A stretch of DNA of 25,920 bases from Longimicrobiales bacterium (GTDB lineage: Bacteria; Gemmatimonadota; Gemmatimonadetes; Longimicrobiales; Gaopeijiaceae), in NCBI GenBank assembly GCA_965197725.1, contig CBDANQ010000009.1, positions 1 through 25,920 on the forward strand, read 5' to 3'. The notes under the pieces are model-generated. The model did no database searches and had not been told where the DNA came from. It was given only the letters and a program-made list of their open reading frames with translations. The position numbers and the translations under genes were made by a program. Below, piece after piece: positions 1 to 7,435 of this stretch (its first letter is position 1; every line of letters begins with the position of its first letter).

Positions 1-26
1 CGGACCCAGCGGGACGATCGGATAAG

Positions 27-344
27 ATGGCCTCGAAACAAGCTGACCAGAAGCCCGTGTTCAGAGTAATCGACGTCCTGGAAGCGCCGCACGGAGGCAG
101 AATCCTCCGGTTGCGGCTTCAGGAGGGAGCTCCCCCCTCGGTACGCGACATGAAAGGGGCGCGCCTGGAGGCGACGGCCCCGGACGGCGCTCGGCGGACG
201 GTCACTGTGGACGGATTCGCGGTGTTCGGGGGTAAGCCCAGCGACGAGCGGCTCGCGAGGACCGGACGCATCGACGTTCACGTCGCTGAGGATGCGTCGA
301 GCGCCCCGCCCATCGCCGTGAAGTGGATCCTGACACAGGTCTGA
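27..344 (+). CDS. hypothetical protein (105 aa)
   Basis: ATG-started ORF with protein-like composition (VFRVIDVLEAPHGGRILRLRL...GRIDVHV); convergent with the methyltransferase gene; no family recognised. Confidence 0.7.
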   Translation: MASKQADQKPVFRVIDVLEAPHGGRILRLRLQEGAPPSVRDMKGARLEATAPDGARRTVTVDGFAVFGGKPSDERLARTGRIDVHVAEDASSAPPIAVKWILTQV

Positions 345-362
345 AGTGGATCCCGACCCCAA

Positions 363-1109
363 CTACCTCCCTTGGACCTCCAACAGCGTCGATTTCTTCT
401 TCAGCGCCAAGAGCGTGAGGTACCCGATGGTGCCGAGCCAGAAGTAGGCCCACCAGAACGGCGCGAGATCGAAGGAAGCCCCCGCTCCCACCGTTTCAGC
501 GACCTCGAGGACGGTCGTGGAGGCGATCAGCGCGTAAACGGCCGTATGGTCACGACGCAGCGCGAACCTTGGAGAGAAGGAAAGGGGATTTGGACGCCAG
601 CCGCGGAACCGCGGTATGAAGGAGGGCGTGCGCCTGGCCCACTCCTCGAAGCTGGAACCGAAGCGTCCGTGGAGAAAGCGTTCCTCGGCCAACATGACGC
701 GCTCATTGTAGATCCAGAAGACGAGCGCCACGATCACGACCGCTGCACCGCTCCCGGCACCGAGCGCCACCCCGATCCATAGGATGAAGTTGCCGAGGTA
801 GAGCGGGTGGCGAACGACCGAGTAGATCCCGTCCGTACTGAGCACCGTCGCCTCTGGCTCCTCACTCCTGTAGGAGGTCCCCCTCGGAGCGTGCCCAACC
901 GTAAACGCCCGGAGACCGAGTCCGACGAACCCGATGAGGATGCCCGCGAGCTCCCACTCGTCGGGCCGCCCGACGGCTGTCGGCGACGTCGACGAAGAAT
1001 AGCTCACCCAGATCAGGAAGATCAGTGCGAAGAGCGGCAGATGGCCGCGCCTGCGGAAGAGCCAGTTCCCTGCCCGCGTCCACTCCTCGATCAGCCCGGC
1101 GTCACCCAC
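363..1109 (-). CDS. ICMT/PEMT-family membrane methyltransferase (LmtA lipid A phosphate methyltransferase-like)
   Basis: Motifs GNWLFRRRGHLPL, GIYSVVRHPLYLGNF, AEERFL, W...TPSFIP and several TM helices. Start placed at GTG 1109 rather than 1235 to avoid overlap with the upstream gene. Confidence 0.8.
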   Translation of the reverse strand: MGDAGLIEEWTRAGNWLFRRRGHLPLFALIFLIWVSYSSSTSPTAVGRPDEWELAGILIGFVGLGLRAFTVGHAPRGTSYRSEEPEATVLSTDGIYSVVRHPLYLGNFILWIGVALGAGSGAAVVIVALVFWIYNERVMLAEERFLHGRFGSSFEEWARRTPSFIPRFRGWRPNPLSFSPRFALRRDHTAVYALIASTTVLEVAETVGAGASFDLAPFWWAYFWLGTIGYLTLLALKKKSTLLEVQGR

Positions 1110-1140
1110 GTCTACCCGCCTCGCGGCGAACTGCTCGAGC

Positions 1141-1857
1141 TCAGCGGAGTCCGGGTGGGTTCGTCTCGAAGGCCTGCCGGAACCAGGTGCGATACTCCTC
1201 GAGCGCCCCGGCGCTTTCGTCGAGCCACGCCGCACGTTCCGTGGCGAACTCTTCGGCCCGGGCGGTCAGCAGGTATGCATCCAGGTAGCCGTTCTCGCGG
1301 GAGTAGAGCACTTCGTCCATCAGAGAGTACGGGGCCCACGCAAAGACGGATCGGCCGTAGTACCAGGCGTCCGTAGTCCGGCCAACGATCGCCTTCTCCA
1401 ACTCGAAGCCTTCGAGCCCCTCGGCATCCGGAAGCCACTCGGCCAGACGCCCCTGCCGATCCATGAGGTGAAGATGGGCGTAGATCAGGAAGGCCGAGCG
1501 GGCCTCTGCGGCACCTCCTTGAACTCTGATTCGCGCGGTGTCGCCTTCCAGGACGAGTCCTTCCCAGGGCAACACCGGCTCCTCTTGAAAGACCGTCGAG
1601 ATCAGGAAGGTGGGGTCCTCCTCGATATTCTGGAGCTGGGCGCGGATCCAGAGGTCGATCTCGTCCATCCTCGCGTCGTCCGCGGGGAGTCGCGCTCCCG
1701 AGAGCGTGATGAGGCCCCGTGCGGCGGGGAGGGTCGTGCTCGTCGCACAGGCCGCTGAGAGCACCGCGACGAATGCCCCGAGCAGGCATGTATGAATCGT
1801 ACGACTCGACTTCTCCACAGCGACTCTCTGGTGCTGAAGCGAACGGGTTTGCTGCAA
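1141..1857 (-). CDS. hypothetical lipoprotein
   Basis: Hydrophobic stretch with lipobox-like LSAAC followed by a globular acidic domain; exact start uncertain. Confidence 0.7.
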   Translation of the reverse strand: MQQTRSLQHQRVAVEKSSRTIHTCLLGAFVAVLSAACATSTTLPAARGLITLSGARLPADDARMDEIDLWIRAQLQNIEEDPTFLISTVFQEEPVLPWEGLVLEGDTARIRVQGGAAEARSAFLIYAHLHLMDRQGRLAEWLPDAEGLEGFELEKAIVGRTTDAWYYGRSVFAWAPYSLMDEVLYSRENGYLDAYLLTARAEEFATERAAWLDESAGALEEYRTWFRQAFETNPPGLR

Positions 1858-2020
1858 GCATACGAAGCCCGGGCGTCAATCACTATCCCGGTGCGCTAAC
1901 TATAGTTTCCCCGGGGGCCTCCTTGTTCCCTTCGACGACGAACGCACTCTGACAACAACCTTGACACCTCTTCGCCGTTGTACGGAATTGCGGGTGGTTC
2001 GGACCCGGAGGTGAACGAGG

Positions 2021-2590
2021 ATGTCGATGATTTCAGGGGCCGTGGACGCAGAACGGGGATTCCTCCCGCCGCGCACCATGCGGCCAGAAGAGTTGGGCGA
2101 CAACCTCGCCCAGTTGGTGTGGGAGAGCCTTTCGGACCTGATCACGGAAGGTGAGGCCGAAGCCCTCCTCGATAGCTTGAGCATCCCCCTGAGCGACGGA
2201 GTGCCCGATCAGCGCACGACCGGCGAGCTACTGATTTTCTTGATGTGGGCGCACACTCGTGGGGCCCAGCTGGCCTTTCTCGGGCGGGCGCCGGAAGAGC
2301 TGCTGAAAAAGGGATTGGACGAGTTTCATCGGGCGGTGTTCGAGGATCTCGAGAGCCACGGCACGAGCCCCATCCAGTTGCCGCTGTTCGAACAGCGACT
2401 GGGCGCCCGGTACGCCGAATACCACGACGCGTCGCGCGCGTCAGACTCTGAGCTCGGAACGGCGGCGCTCCGGCACCTCGCCGGCTCCGCCTCCCCTCCA
2501 CGCGTGCTCGCCCGGTTGCTCACGGAGCGGGCCGTCACGGTCGCCGGACCCTTGAGGGACTACTTGGAGGACGTCGAGCTCGTCGATTGA
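2021..2590 (+). CDS. hypothetical helical protein (189 aa)
   Basis: GGAGGT upstream of ATG 2021 (alternative ATG 2078); amphipathic-helix-like sequence; 3' end overlaps the convergent Zn-ribbon gene by 31 nt. Confidence 0.75.
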   Translation: MSMISGAVDAERGFLPPRTMRPEELGDNLAQLVWESLSDLITEGEAEALLDSLSIPLSDGVPDQRTTGELLIFLMWAHTRGAQLAFLGRAPEELLKKGLDEFHRAVFEDLESHGTSPIQLPLFEQRLGARYAEYHDASRASDSELGTAALRHLAGSASPPRVLARLLTERAVTVAGPLRDYLEDVELVD

Positions 2591-2769
2591 GCGGGTGGTC
2601 CCCACTTGAGGAACTCGAACGCGGTTCGGCAGTCCCGGCACCAATAGGTGGCGACGGACAACTGACTCCCGAAGGCGTTGAACAGCTCGGTGTTCGCCTC
2701 GGCGCAGAAGGGACACGGGGGTGAGCTCGGCAACCCACCGATGAGCCCGGATTCTCCCTCTGCGGTCAT
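2560..2769 (-). CDS. stand-alone PaaD C-terminal-type zinc-ribbon protein
   Basis: CPFC...T....FGS.....Y.CRDC..AFEFLK matches the PaaD C-terminal pattern CPxC..T...FGS..C..Y.C..C.EPF.YFK; ATGA overlap with paaC-like stop. Confidence 0.8.
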   Translation of the reverse strand: MTAEGESGLIGGLPSSPPCPFCAEANTELFNAFGSQLSVATYWCRDCRTAFEFLKWGPPAQSTSSTSSK

Positions 2770-3584
2770 TCGACGAATAGCTCCCGGTTCCGGTCTCCGC
2801 GGGCGCGCTCGACGGCGTCGTCGTCCGGTGCTCCCCTAGGTCGGCTTCTCTCGACGATCCAGTCGTCGGGCACCGCCGGATCGGCCATTACAGAGATCCC
2901 GAACCTGGAGAGCGGGTCCTCGAGTCGACGGGCGAGCTGCTCGCGGGCCTCACTCGGGTCGGCGGCGAGGCCGTGCTGGGCCAGTAGCTGGGCGTGCCCG
3001 TCGATGGGCAGGAGGCACGTCACCGCGTCGGGGAGCATCGACTCCACAGCGACTCCGACCAGCAGCCTCGCCTCGTCGTTGCCCTCCCCCAGCTGCCGGA
3101 GCCAGGCGAATCCGAGGTCCCGGTGGAACTCCTCCTCGGCCAGCATCTTGGGGACGCGGCTCCGGGCCGGCTCGTAGCACCCCGCGGCGAACCCTTCGAG
3201 AGCCATGGACAAGGTGCCGTCCACGACCACGATACCGGCGACGACTGCGGCCCAATCGGTAAACTCCCCGTCCAGGCAGGCGGCGGAACAGTACTCGGCC
3301 GCTTGCCGCTCGTGCTCGGTCGTTACCGGATGTACACCGAAGTCCTTGAGCATCGCGTAAAGCAGTCGGGCGTGGCCCCATTCGTCCTGGGTCATCGAGG
3401 AGGCCGCGATCCCGCTCTCGATTGACGGAGCCCCAAGCAGCCAGTCGCTGTACCGAATCCCCAGCAACCGCTTGGTGTCGGCAAGTGCAAGGATGAGGCG
3501 TTGGAGAGCTCGCCGTGCGTCTTCCGGGAGATCGGCGGCGCTGGCGACTGTGTCGCTCTTCGGGGCGCTCTTCGGGGCACTCAA
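2766..3584 (-). CDS. paaC: PaaC-like ferritin-fold subunit of aryl-CoA epoxidase-type complex
   Basis: LADTKRLLGIRYSDWLLGAPSIE...QDEWGHAR...EEEFH. TTG start at 3584 overlaps the paaB-like TGA (TTGA). Confidence 0.8.
   Translation of the reverse strand: MSAPKSAPKSDTVASAADLPEDARRALQRLILALADTKRLLGIRYSDWLLGAPSIESGIAASSMTQDEWGHARLLYAMLKDFGVHPVTTEHERQAAEYCSAACLDGEFTDWAAVVAGIVVVDGTLSMALEGFAAGCYEPARSRVPKMLAEEEFHRDLGFAWLRQLGEGNDEARLLVGVAVESMLPDAVTCLLPIDGHAQLLAQHGLAADPSEAREQLARRLEDPLSRFGISVMADPAVPDDWIVERSRPRGAPDDDAVERARGDRNRELFVE
3555..3578 (-). repeat. 12-bp tandem duplication (SAPK-SAPK) at PaaC-like N-terminus
   Basis: gctcttcggggc at 3555-3566 and 3567-3578. Confidence 0.85.
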
Positions 3585-3799
3585 CGAGTGCCACGCGCGG
3601 AATAGGGACCGTCGGTCCGGTTCACGGGGATGATGTCGTCGCGGCGAACCACGCACATCTCGAACCAATTCTCCTCGTCGTACGTCTTCCAGGCGTAGAT
3701 GCGCGCCAGCTCCTCGTCGATCGCGTCCACGTATCCGACGTGTCGCAGCGGGTCGCCGCGATGTTTTCGTGCGAAGACGTCGTAGACCGCCTCCCTCAT
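3581..3799 (-). CDS. paaB: PaaB-like small subunit
   Basis: YDVFARKHRGDPLRHVGYVDAIDEELARIYA...CVVRRDDI resembles PaaB (WEVF.R...HVGS.HA.D...A); RBS GAGGGGAG upstream of ATG 3799. Confidence 0.8.
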   Translation of the reverse strand: MREAVYDVFARKHRGDPLRHVGYVDAIDEELARIYAWKTYDEENWFEMCVVRRDDIIPVNRTDGPYSARGTR

Positions 3800-3921
3800 G
3801 CTGCTCCCCTCGTGTAGTGGCTCGGGAGTCCCGCTGCCGGTTGGCGCGGCGGCACACCCCCTCCGGGATGCCGTTGGAGTCGACCCCGTTTGAGGGCGTC
3901 CCCGGCGAGTCGCGCCGTCAT
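3796..3921 (-). CDS. possible 41-aa translationally coupled ORF (MTARLAGDALKRGRLQRHPGGGVPPRQPAAGLPSHYTRGAA)
   Basis: ATG overlaps the paaD-like stop (ATGA 3918-3921) and its TGA overlaps the paaB-like ATG (3796-3799). Confidence 0.4.
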   Translation of the reverse strand: MTARLAGDALKRGRLQRHPGGGVPPRQPAAGLPSHYTRGAA

Positions 3922-4259
3922 GCACCGACCCCTAAGGCCCGGAGCGCACGTCGGCCATCGTCCGTGATCCGCTCGCGGGTCCAAGGCGGATCCCAGGTCT
4001 CCGCGATCTCGACCTCGCTCAGCCAGGGCTCTGAAAGCAACCTGTCCCGGACGTCCTCCCTGATGAACTCCATGCACGGGCAGGCGGTGGCCGTGAACGT
4101 CAGGGACACGGTCACCCGGGTGCCTACCACCTCGATTCCGTACACCAAACCCAGATCGACCAGGCTGATGGGGATCTCCGGATCGAGCACCTCGCGAAGC
4201 GCCCGCCAAACAGCCGCCTCGGGGTCGACCGGCCACTCCTCGAGCGGGTCGGACCACAT
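3918..4259 (-). CDS. paaD: PaaD N-terminal / DUF59 metal-sulfur cluster assembly domain protein
   Basis: VWRALREVLDPEIPISLVDLGLVY...TFTATACP...WDPPWT..RIT..GR; lacks the C-terminal Zn ribbon; alternative GTG start at 4319. Confidence 0.8.
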   Translation of the reverse strand: MWSDPLEEWPVDPEAAVWRALREVLDPEIPISLVDLGLVYGIEVVGTRVTVSLTFTATACPCMEFIREDVRDRLLSEPWLSEVEIAETWDPPWTRERITDDGRRALRALGVGA

Positions 4260-4306
4260 TTCCCGTCCGCCGCTCACGTGCGACCCGACCTGCACCGGAA
4301 ACACCT

Positions 4307-5272
4307 TCAGTCCAGCCACGACTCCACCGTGCCCCGGGACCTGCGAATTGACTCGACGTAGATCTCGTTCATCGGCCCACGCGCTTTCCAACGCTCGAAG
4401 ACGGCGTCCCACGTGATCTCTCCCTCCTCGAACAACCAACGCTTCTCTTCTGCGTCGTATTGGCAGGGGAAGGGATAATCGAGGACGTACGACTCGGTCT
4501 CGGCGTCGAAGTGCCCAGGCACGTCGAGACCGAGCTTCTCGCACAGAGGGACCGTCGACGACATCCAGAGCTGACGGAGCTCGTCGTTGCTGAGACCCTT
4601 GAGTCGGTAGTCCAGCTGCCCGCTGTGGCGCTTCAAGTCGTCGGGGAGCCCGAACCATTCGATGGTCATGGCGAACATCCAGTCGACGGACCTCTGGAGG
4701 ATCTCCTTTGCCGCGCCTCCCGCCTTGGACAGCCGCTTCATCCACACTTCGCCGTGGCGCAGGTGGAAGGTCTCCTCCATGTCCACCTTGACCAACGCCC
4801 GCTTCAGCGGTCCGTACGACGTGTTCTTGTGAACATCCGACAAGAGGCAGATGCCGGCGCGGTCGAAGAAGCCGTTCGCCACTACCAGATCGGCCCAATT
4901 GTCGAGGGGTTGGTCGAAGCCATACGGGTGCTTGAACTCGTGCGGCTCCCGCCCGTAGACGAGCTTCTCCTTAGAAACTCCGATGTCCTCGAGGAGCCGA
5001 TACGCGATGTTGGCGTGGGCCAGCTCGTCCTGAATGATCGCGTGCGCGCTCACTTGAGTGTTCGTCGAGGGAGCGTGGCGGGCCGCCATCCAATACGAGG
5101 GCGCGCTCATGAGCTCTGTGTCGGCCTGGACCGTGAGCTGAACCACCAGCGCCTTCTTGTATCCCTCCGTCATCTCCTCGGGGGACTCCACGATGTACCC
5201 GTCCTGGACCTTGGCCTTTATCTCTTCTTCGGTGAACGGCACCGCGCTGATCCTGTCTGGGAGCGTCTTCAC
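4307..5272 (-). CDS. paaA: PaaA-like di-iron catalytic subunit (divergent aryl-CoA epoxidase family)
   Basis: Complete carboxylate-diiron ligand pattern ADTE / QDELAH / FFD / EETFH; YGPLKRALVKV..EETFH.RHG, QRSVDWMF...WFG, SNDELRQ.W typical of the PaaA fold. Confidence 0.85.
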   Translation of the reverse strand: MKTLPDRISAVPFTEEEIKAKVQDGYIVESPEEMTEGYKKALVVQLTVQADTELMSAPSYWMAARHAPSTNTQVSAHAIIQDELAHANIAYRLLEDIGVSKEKLVYGREPHEFKHPYGFDQPLDNWADLVVANGFFDRAGICLLSDVHKNTSYGPLKRALVKVDMEETFHLRHGEVWMKRLSKAGGAAKEILQRSVDWMFAMTIEWFGLPDDLKRHSGQLDYRLKGLSNDELRQLWMSSTVPLCEKLGLDVPGHFDAETESYVLDYPFPCQYDAEEKRWLFEEGEITWDAVFERWKARGPMNEIYVESIRRSRGTVESWLD

Positions 5273-5280
5273 GGATTCGT

Positions 5281-5296
5281 TCGAACGCTCGTTCGA
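5281..5296. promoter_or_regulatory. perfect palindromic operator TCGAACGCTCGTTCGA (PaaR-type/LexA-type box)
   Basis: TTCGAACG-CT-CGTTCGAA inverted repeat (5280-5297) between the promoter and the paaA-like start codon. Confidence 0.7.
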
Positions 5297-5311
5297 AACG
5301 GCGGACTTCCG

Positions 5312-5340
5312 ATTCTACCCTAAGCGTACATGGTCGTCAA
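5312..5340 (-). promoter_or_regulatory. sigma70-type promoter for paaA-like operon
   Basis: Minus strand TTGACG (5340-5335), 17-nt spacer, TAGAAT (5317-5312). Confidence 0.75.
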
Positions 5341-5430
5341 CGCGCGTCATCGGTCGAGCGGACCCGCCGTAGCCGAGGGGCGTCAGGATCCTCGTGTCGG
5401 GCCGCTGGGCTGCTACGCGCGCTCGGGAAC

Positions 5431-5730
5431 CTAGAGCCCGAGAGAGGACCGGATGAGGGGACTGATCCGCTCCGGGGTCCAGGGCGGGTCGAACGTGAGC
5501 TGGACCTCGGCGTTCTCCACGCCTTCGATACCGGCCACCGCCGCCTGGGCCTCCTCGACGATTTGTGGGGCCACCGGACACATGGGCGTGGTCAGGGAAA
5601 TGCGAACGTGCACGTCCGCGCCATCGACCTCAATGTCGTAAACGAGCCCCAAGACTACGAGGTCCAGGTGCAGCTCGGGGTCCTTCACGGTCTTGAGCGC
5701 GTCGCGCACCGCTTTCTCGGTGATCATCAT
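5431..5730 (-). CDS. DUF59/SufT-like Fe-S (metal-sulfur) cluster assembly protein
   Basis: ALKTVKDPELHLDLVVLGLVY...SLTTPMCP...LTFDPPWTPERIS....LG: DPE-T-C signature. Confidence 0.9.
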   Translation of the reverse strand: MMITEKAVRDALKTVKDPELHLDLVVLGLVYDIEVDGADVHVRISLTTPMCPVAPQIVEEAQAAVAGIEGVENAEVQLTFDPPWTPERISPLIRSSLGL

Positions 5731-5737
5731 TTGGTGG

Positions 5738-6439
5738 CTACCTTCGTCTCGCGAACAGGATCGTCACTTCCTCGGGCGCCTCGTCTCCAGCCTTCGCCAC
5801 GGCGCGGTGCAAGGTGCCCACGACCTCGCCGGCTTCCTTGCGCCCCATCGACGCGGCCAGGTCTCCGGCACCACGGAGGAGCCCGGGTGATCCGTCCGAC
5901 AGGACCAACAGGCTGCCCCCATCTTTCAACTCGACCAGCTGGCTGCCGTACGCAAAGCCCTTCATCATCCCGAGCGCCGGGCCGTGACCGGACAGCTCCT
6001 CGTACCTGTCCCCGACGATCAGCCCGCCCGGCATCCTCCCGGCACTCGCCCATTCGACCGTTTCCTCACCGAGCACGGCCAAGCCGCACTCCACGAACTG
6101 ATCGAAACCCTGTGGCCCGTGCTCCGCAAGGCTCTCGTTCAATCGCGGCAGCAATGTCGCAAGCTCCTCGGCCTCGGAACCGAGGGTGCGCAGGAGGAGG
6201 CGAACCAACGAAAGCGCGTGCGCCGGAGGGAGCCCGTCACCGCGGACGTGTAGGACGGAGAAGGTGGTCCTGCCGTCCGCCAGGCGAAAGGCGTCCCAGA
6301 GAGTCCTCCCGAACGCATGCGGAGGGAAGCGGGTCTCGGCGGCGACGTCATAGCCCTCGATCGTAGGAACGGTGCGCGGCAGAAGACTGCGGTGCATCAG
6401 TCGGCTGATGCCCCGGATGTCGGCGAGATGATCGACCAC
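5738..6439 (-). CDS. stand-alone PP2C/SpoIIE-like phosphatase domain, degenerate
   Basis: RSLLP...GYDVA, LN..L, WASAG, GPALG, LVLSDG, EEVTIL; several catalytic Asp motifs altered; AGGAG RBS before GTG. Confidence 0.75.
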   Translation of the reverse strand: MVDHLADIRGISRLMHRSLLPRTVPTIEGYDVAAETRFPPHAFGRTLWDAFRLADGRTTFSVLHVRGDGLPPAHALSLVRLLLRTLGSEAEELATLLPRLNESLAEHGPQGFDQFVECGLAVLGEETVEWASAGRMPGGLIVGDRYEELSGHGPALGMMKGFAYGSQLVELKDGGSLLVLSDGSPGLLRGAGDLAASMGRKEAGEVVGTLHRAVAKAGDEAPEEVTILFARRR

Positions 6440-6656
6440 TCTTTCTCCTGTGCGGGCAGTGTCGGGGAGCGCAATCTACCCGCCGCCTGAAACCGCCCGC
6501 CACCCGACCGGCGCCGGTGGCTTGAACACCGCTTGCCCGGGATGCTCGCGAAGGGGAGAATACTGACGGGAGGGCCTCCGGGGAGAGGCAATCAGCGTCT
6601 CGCCCGCGCTGAACCAGCCGGCGGCCCACCTGAGGTCCGATGTTGTCGCCTGGCTC

Positions 6657-7344
6657 GTGCTCGTCGTTCCGCCCGTTCACGGGCAGGAGGCACGGCGCCG
6701 GTGGGAAACGATGAACCAGATCAGGCGCGACAAGTTCGATCTCGTGCTTCCGGAGGTCATGCGTGAGAACGAGATCGATATGTGGATTACGATGTCCGCG
6801 AGGGCCACTACGACCCTCTCTACCTCGATTTGGGTCAGGGATACGCCTCTCCGACCGGATACTACGGGTTCGCGGACCGGGGCGAGGACCGTATCGAGCG
6901 GATGGCGCTCGGGATCAGTGGATACTTGCTGCGGGAGGGACACGCCTACGACGGATTCGGGGCAGCAGGCCAGCTGCGTGCCCACGTCGCCGAGCGCGAT
7001 CCGCAGATAATCGCGGTGAACATATTCGGCCCGGCATCACCGCGCAGGAGAACTACGAGCGCGTCTATCGAGCGTTGGCAGAGGAAGGGTTCGTCCAGAT
7101 CGAGTTCAATCAGCCGAGCAGCGGCGCCGAGACCGACGTGGGCATCGGAAGCCACTCGGTGGGCAATCTCACGTTCGAGGTCAAGCCGACCAACCTCCTC
7201 TCGATCGAGCTTTTCGCGTACAGCCCCATCTCGGAGTGGGGCGGGAGGAAGCTGCGCATCCCGCTTGAGGACGACGCCCTCGTCACCGAGCGAGGTGTCG
7301 AGTGGGTCCATCCGGCAAACAGCAGAATTCTGGTCGTCAGATAG
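6657..7344 (+). pseudogene. decayed M24 (Xaa-Pro aminopeptidase-like) peptidase
   Basis: Three frames join into one protein: ...IRRDKFDLVLPEVMRENEIDMWITM | VREGHYDPL...ERDPQIIAVN | IRPGIT...SHSVGN...SIELF...IPLEDDALVTERGVEWVHP; frame changes near 6794 and 7023. Confidence 0.75.
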
Positions 7345-7435
7345 CCGACGGAGGCCACCTTGCCGGCGGCGAGCCGACTCGTCCATACTCGAGCCGGTGG
7401 TTCCATCGCGGGCCAACCGACAAATGGGAGTAGAC

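Noticed and set aside
1898..1990. AACTATAGTT palindrome and a TTGACA hexamer in the divergent intergenic region
   Set aside because: No properly spaced -35/-10 pair found; insufficient support
2766..4898. Long N-terminal extensions of paaC-like (to 3857) and paaD-like (to 4898)
   Set aside because: They overlap other real genes in different frames and are Arg/Gly-rich shadow translations
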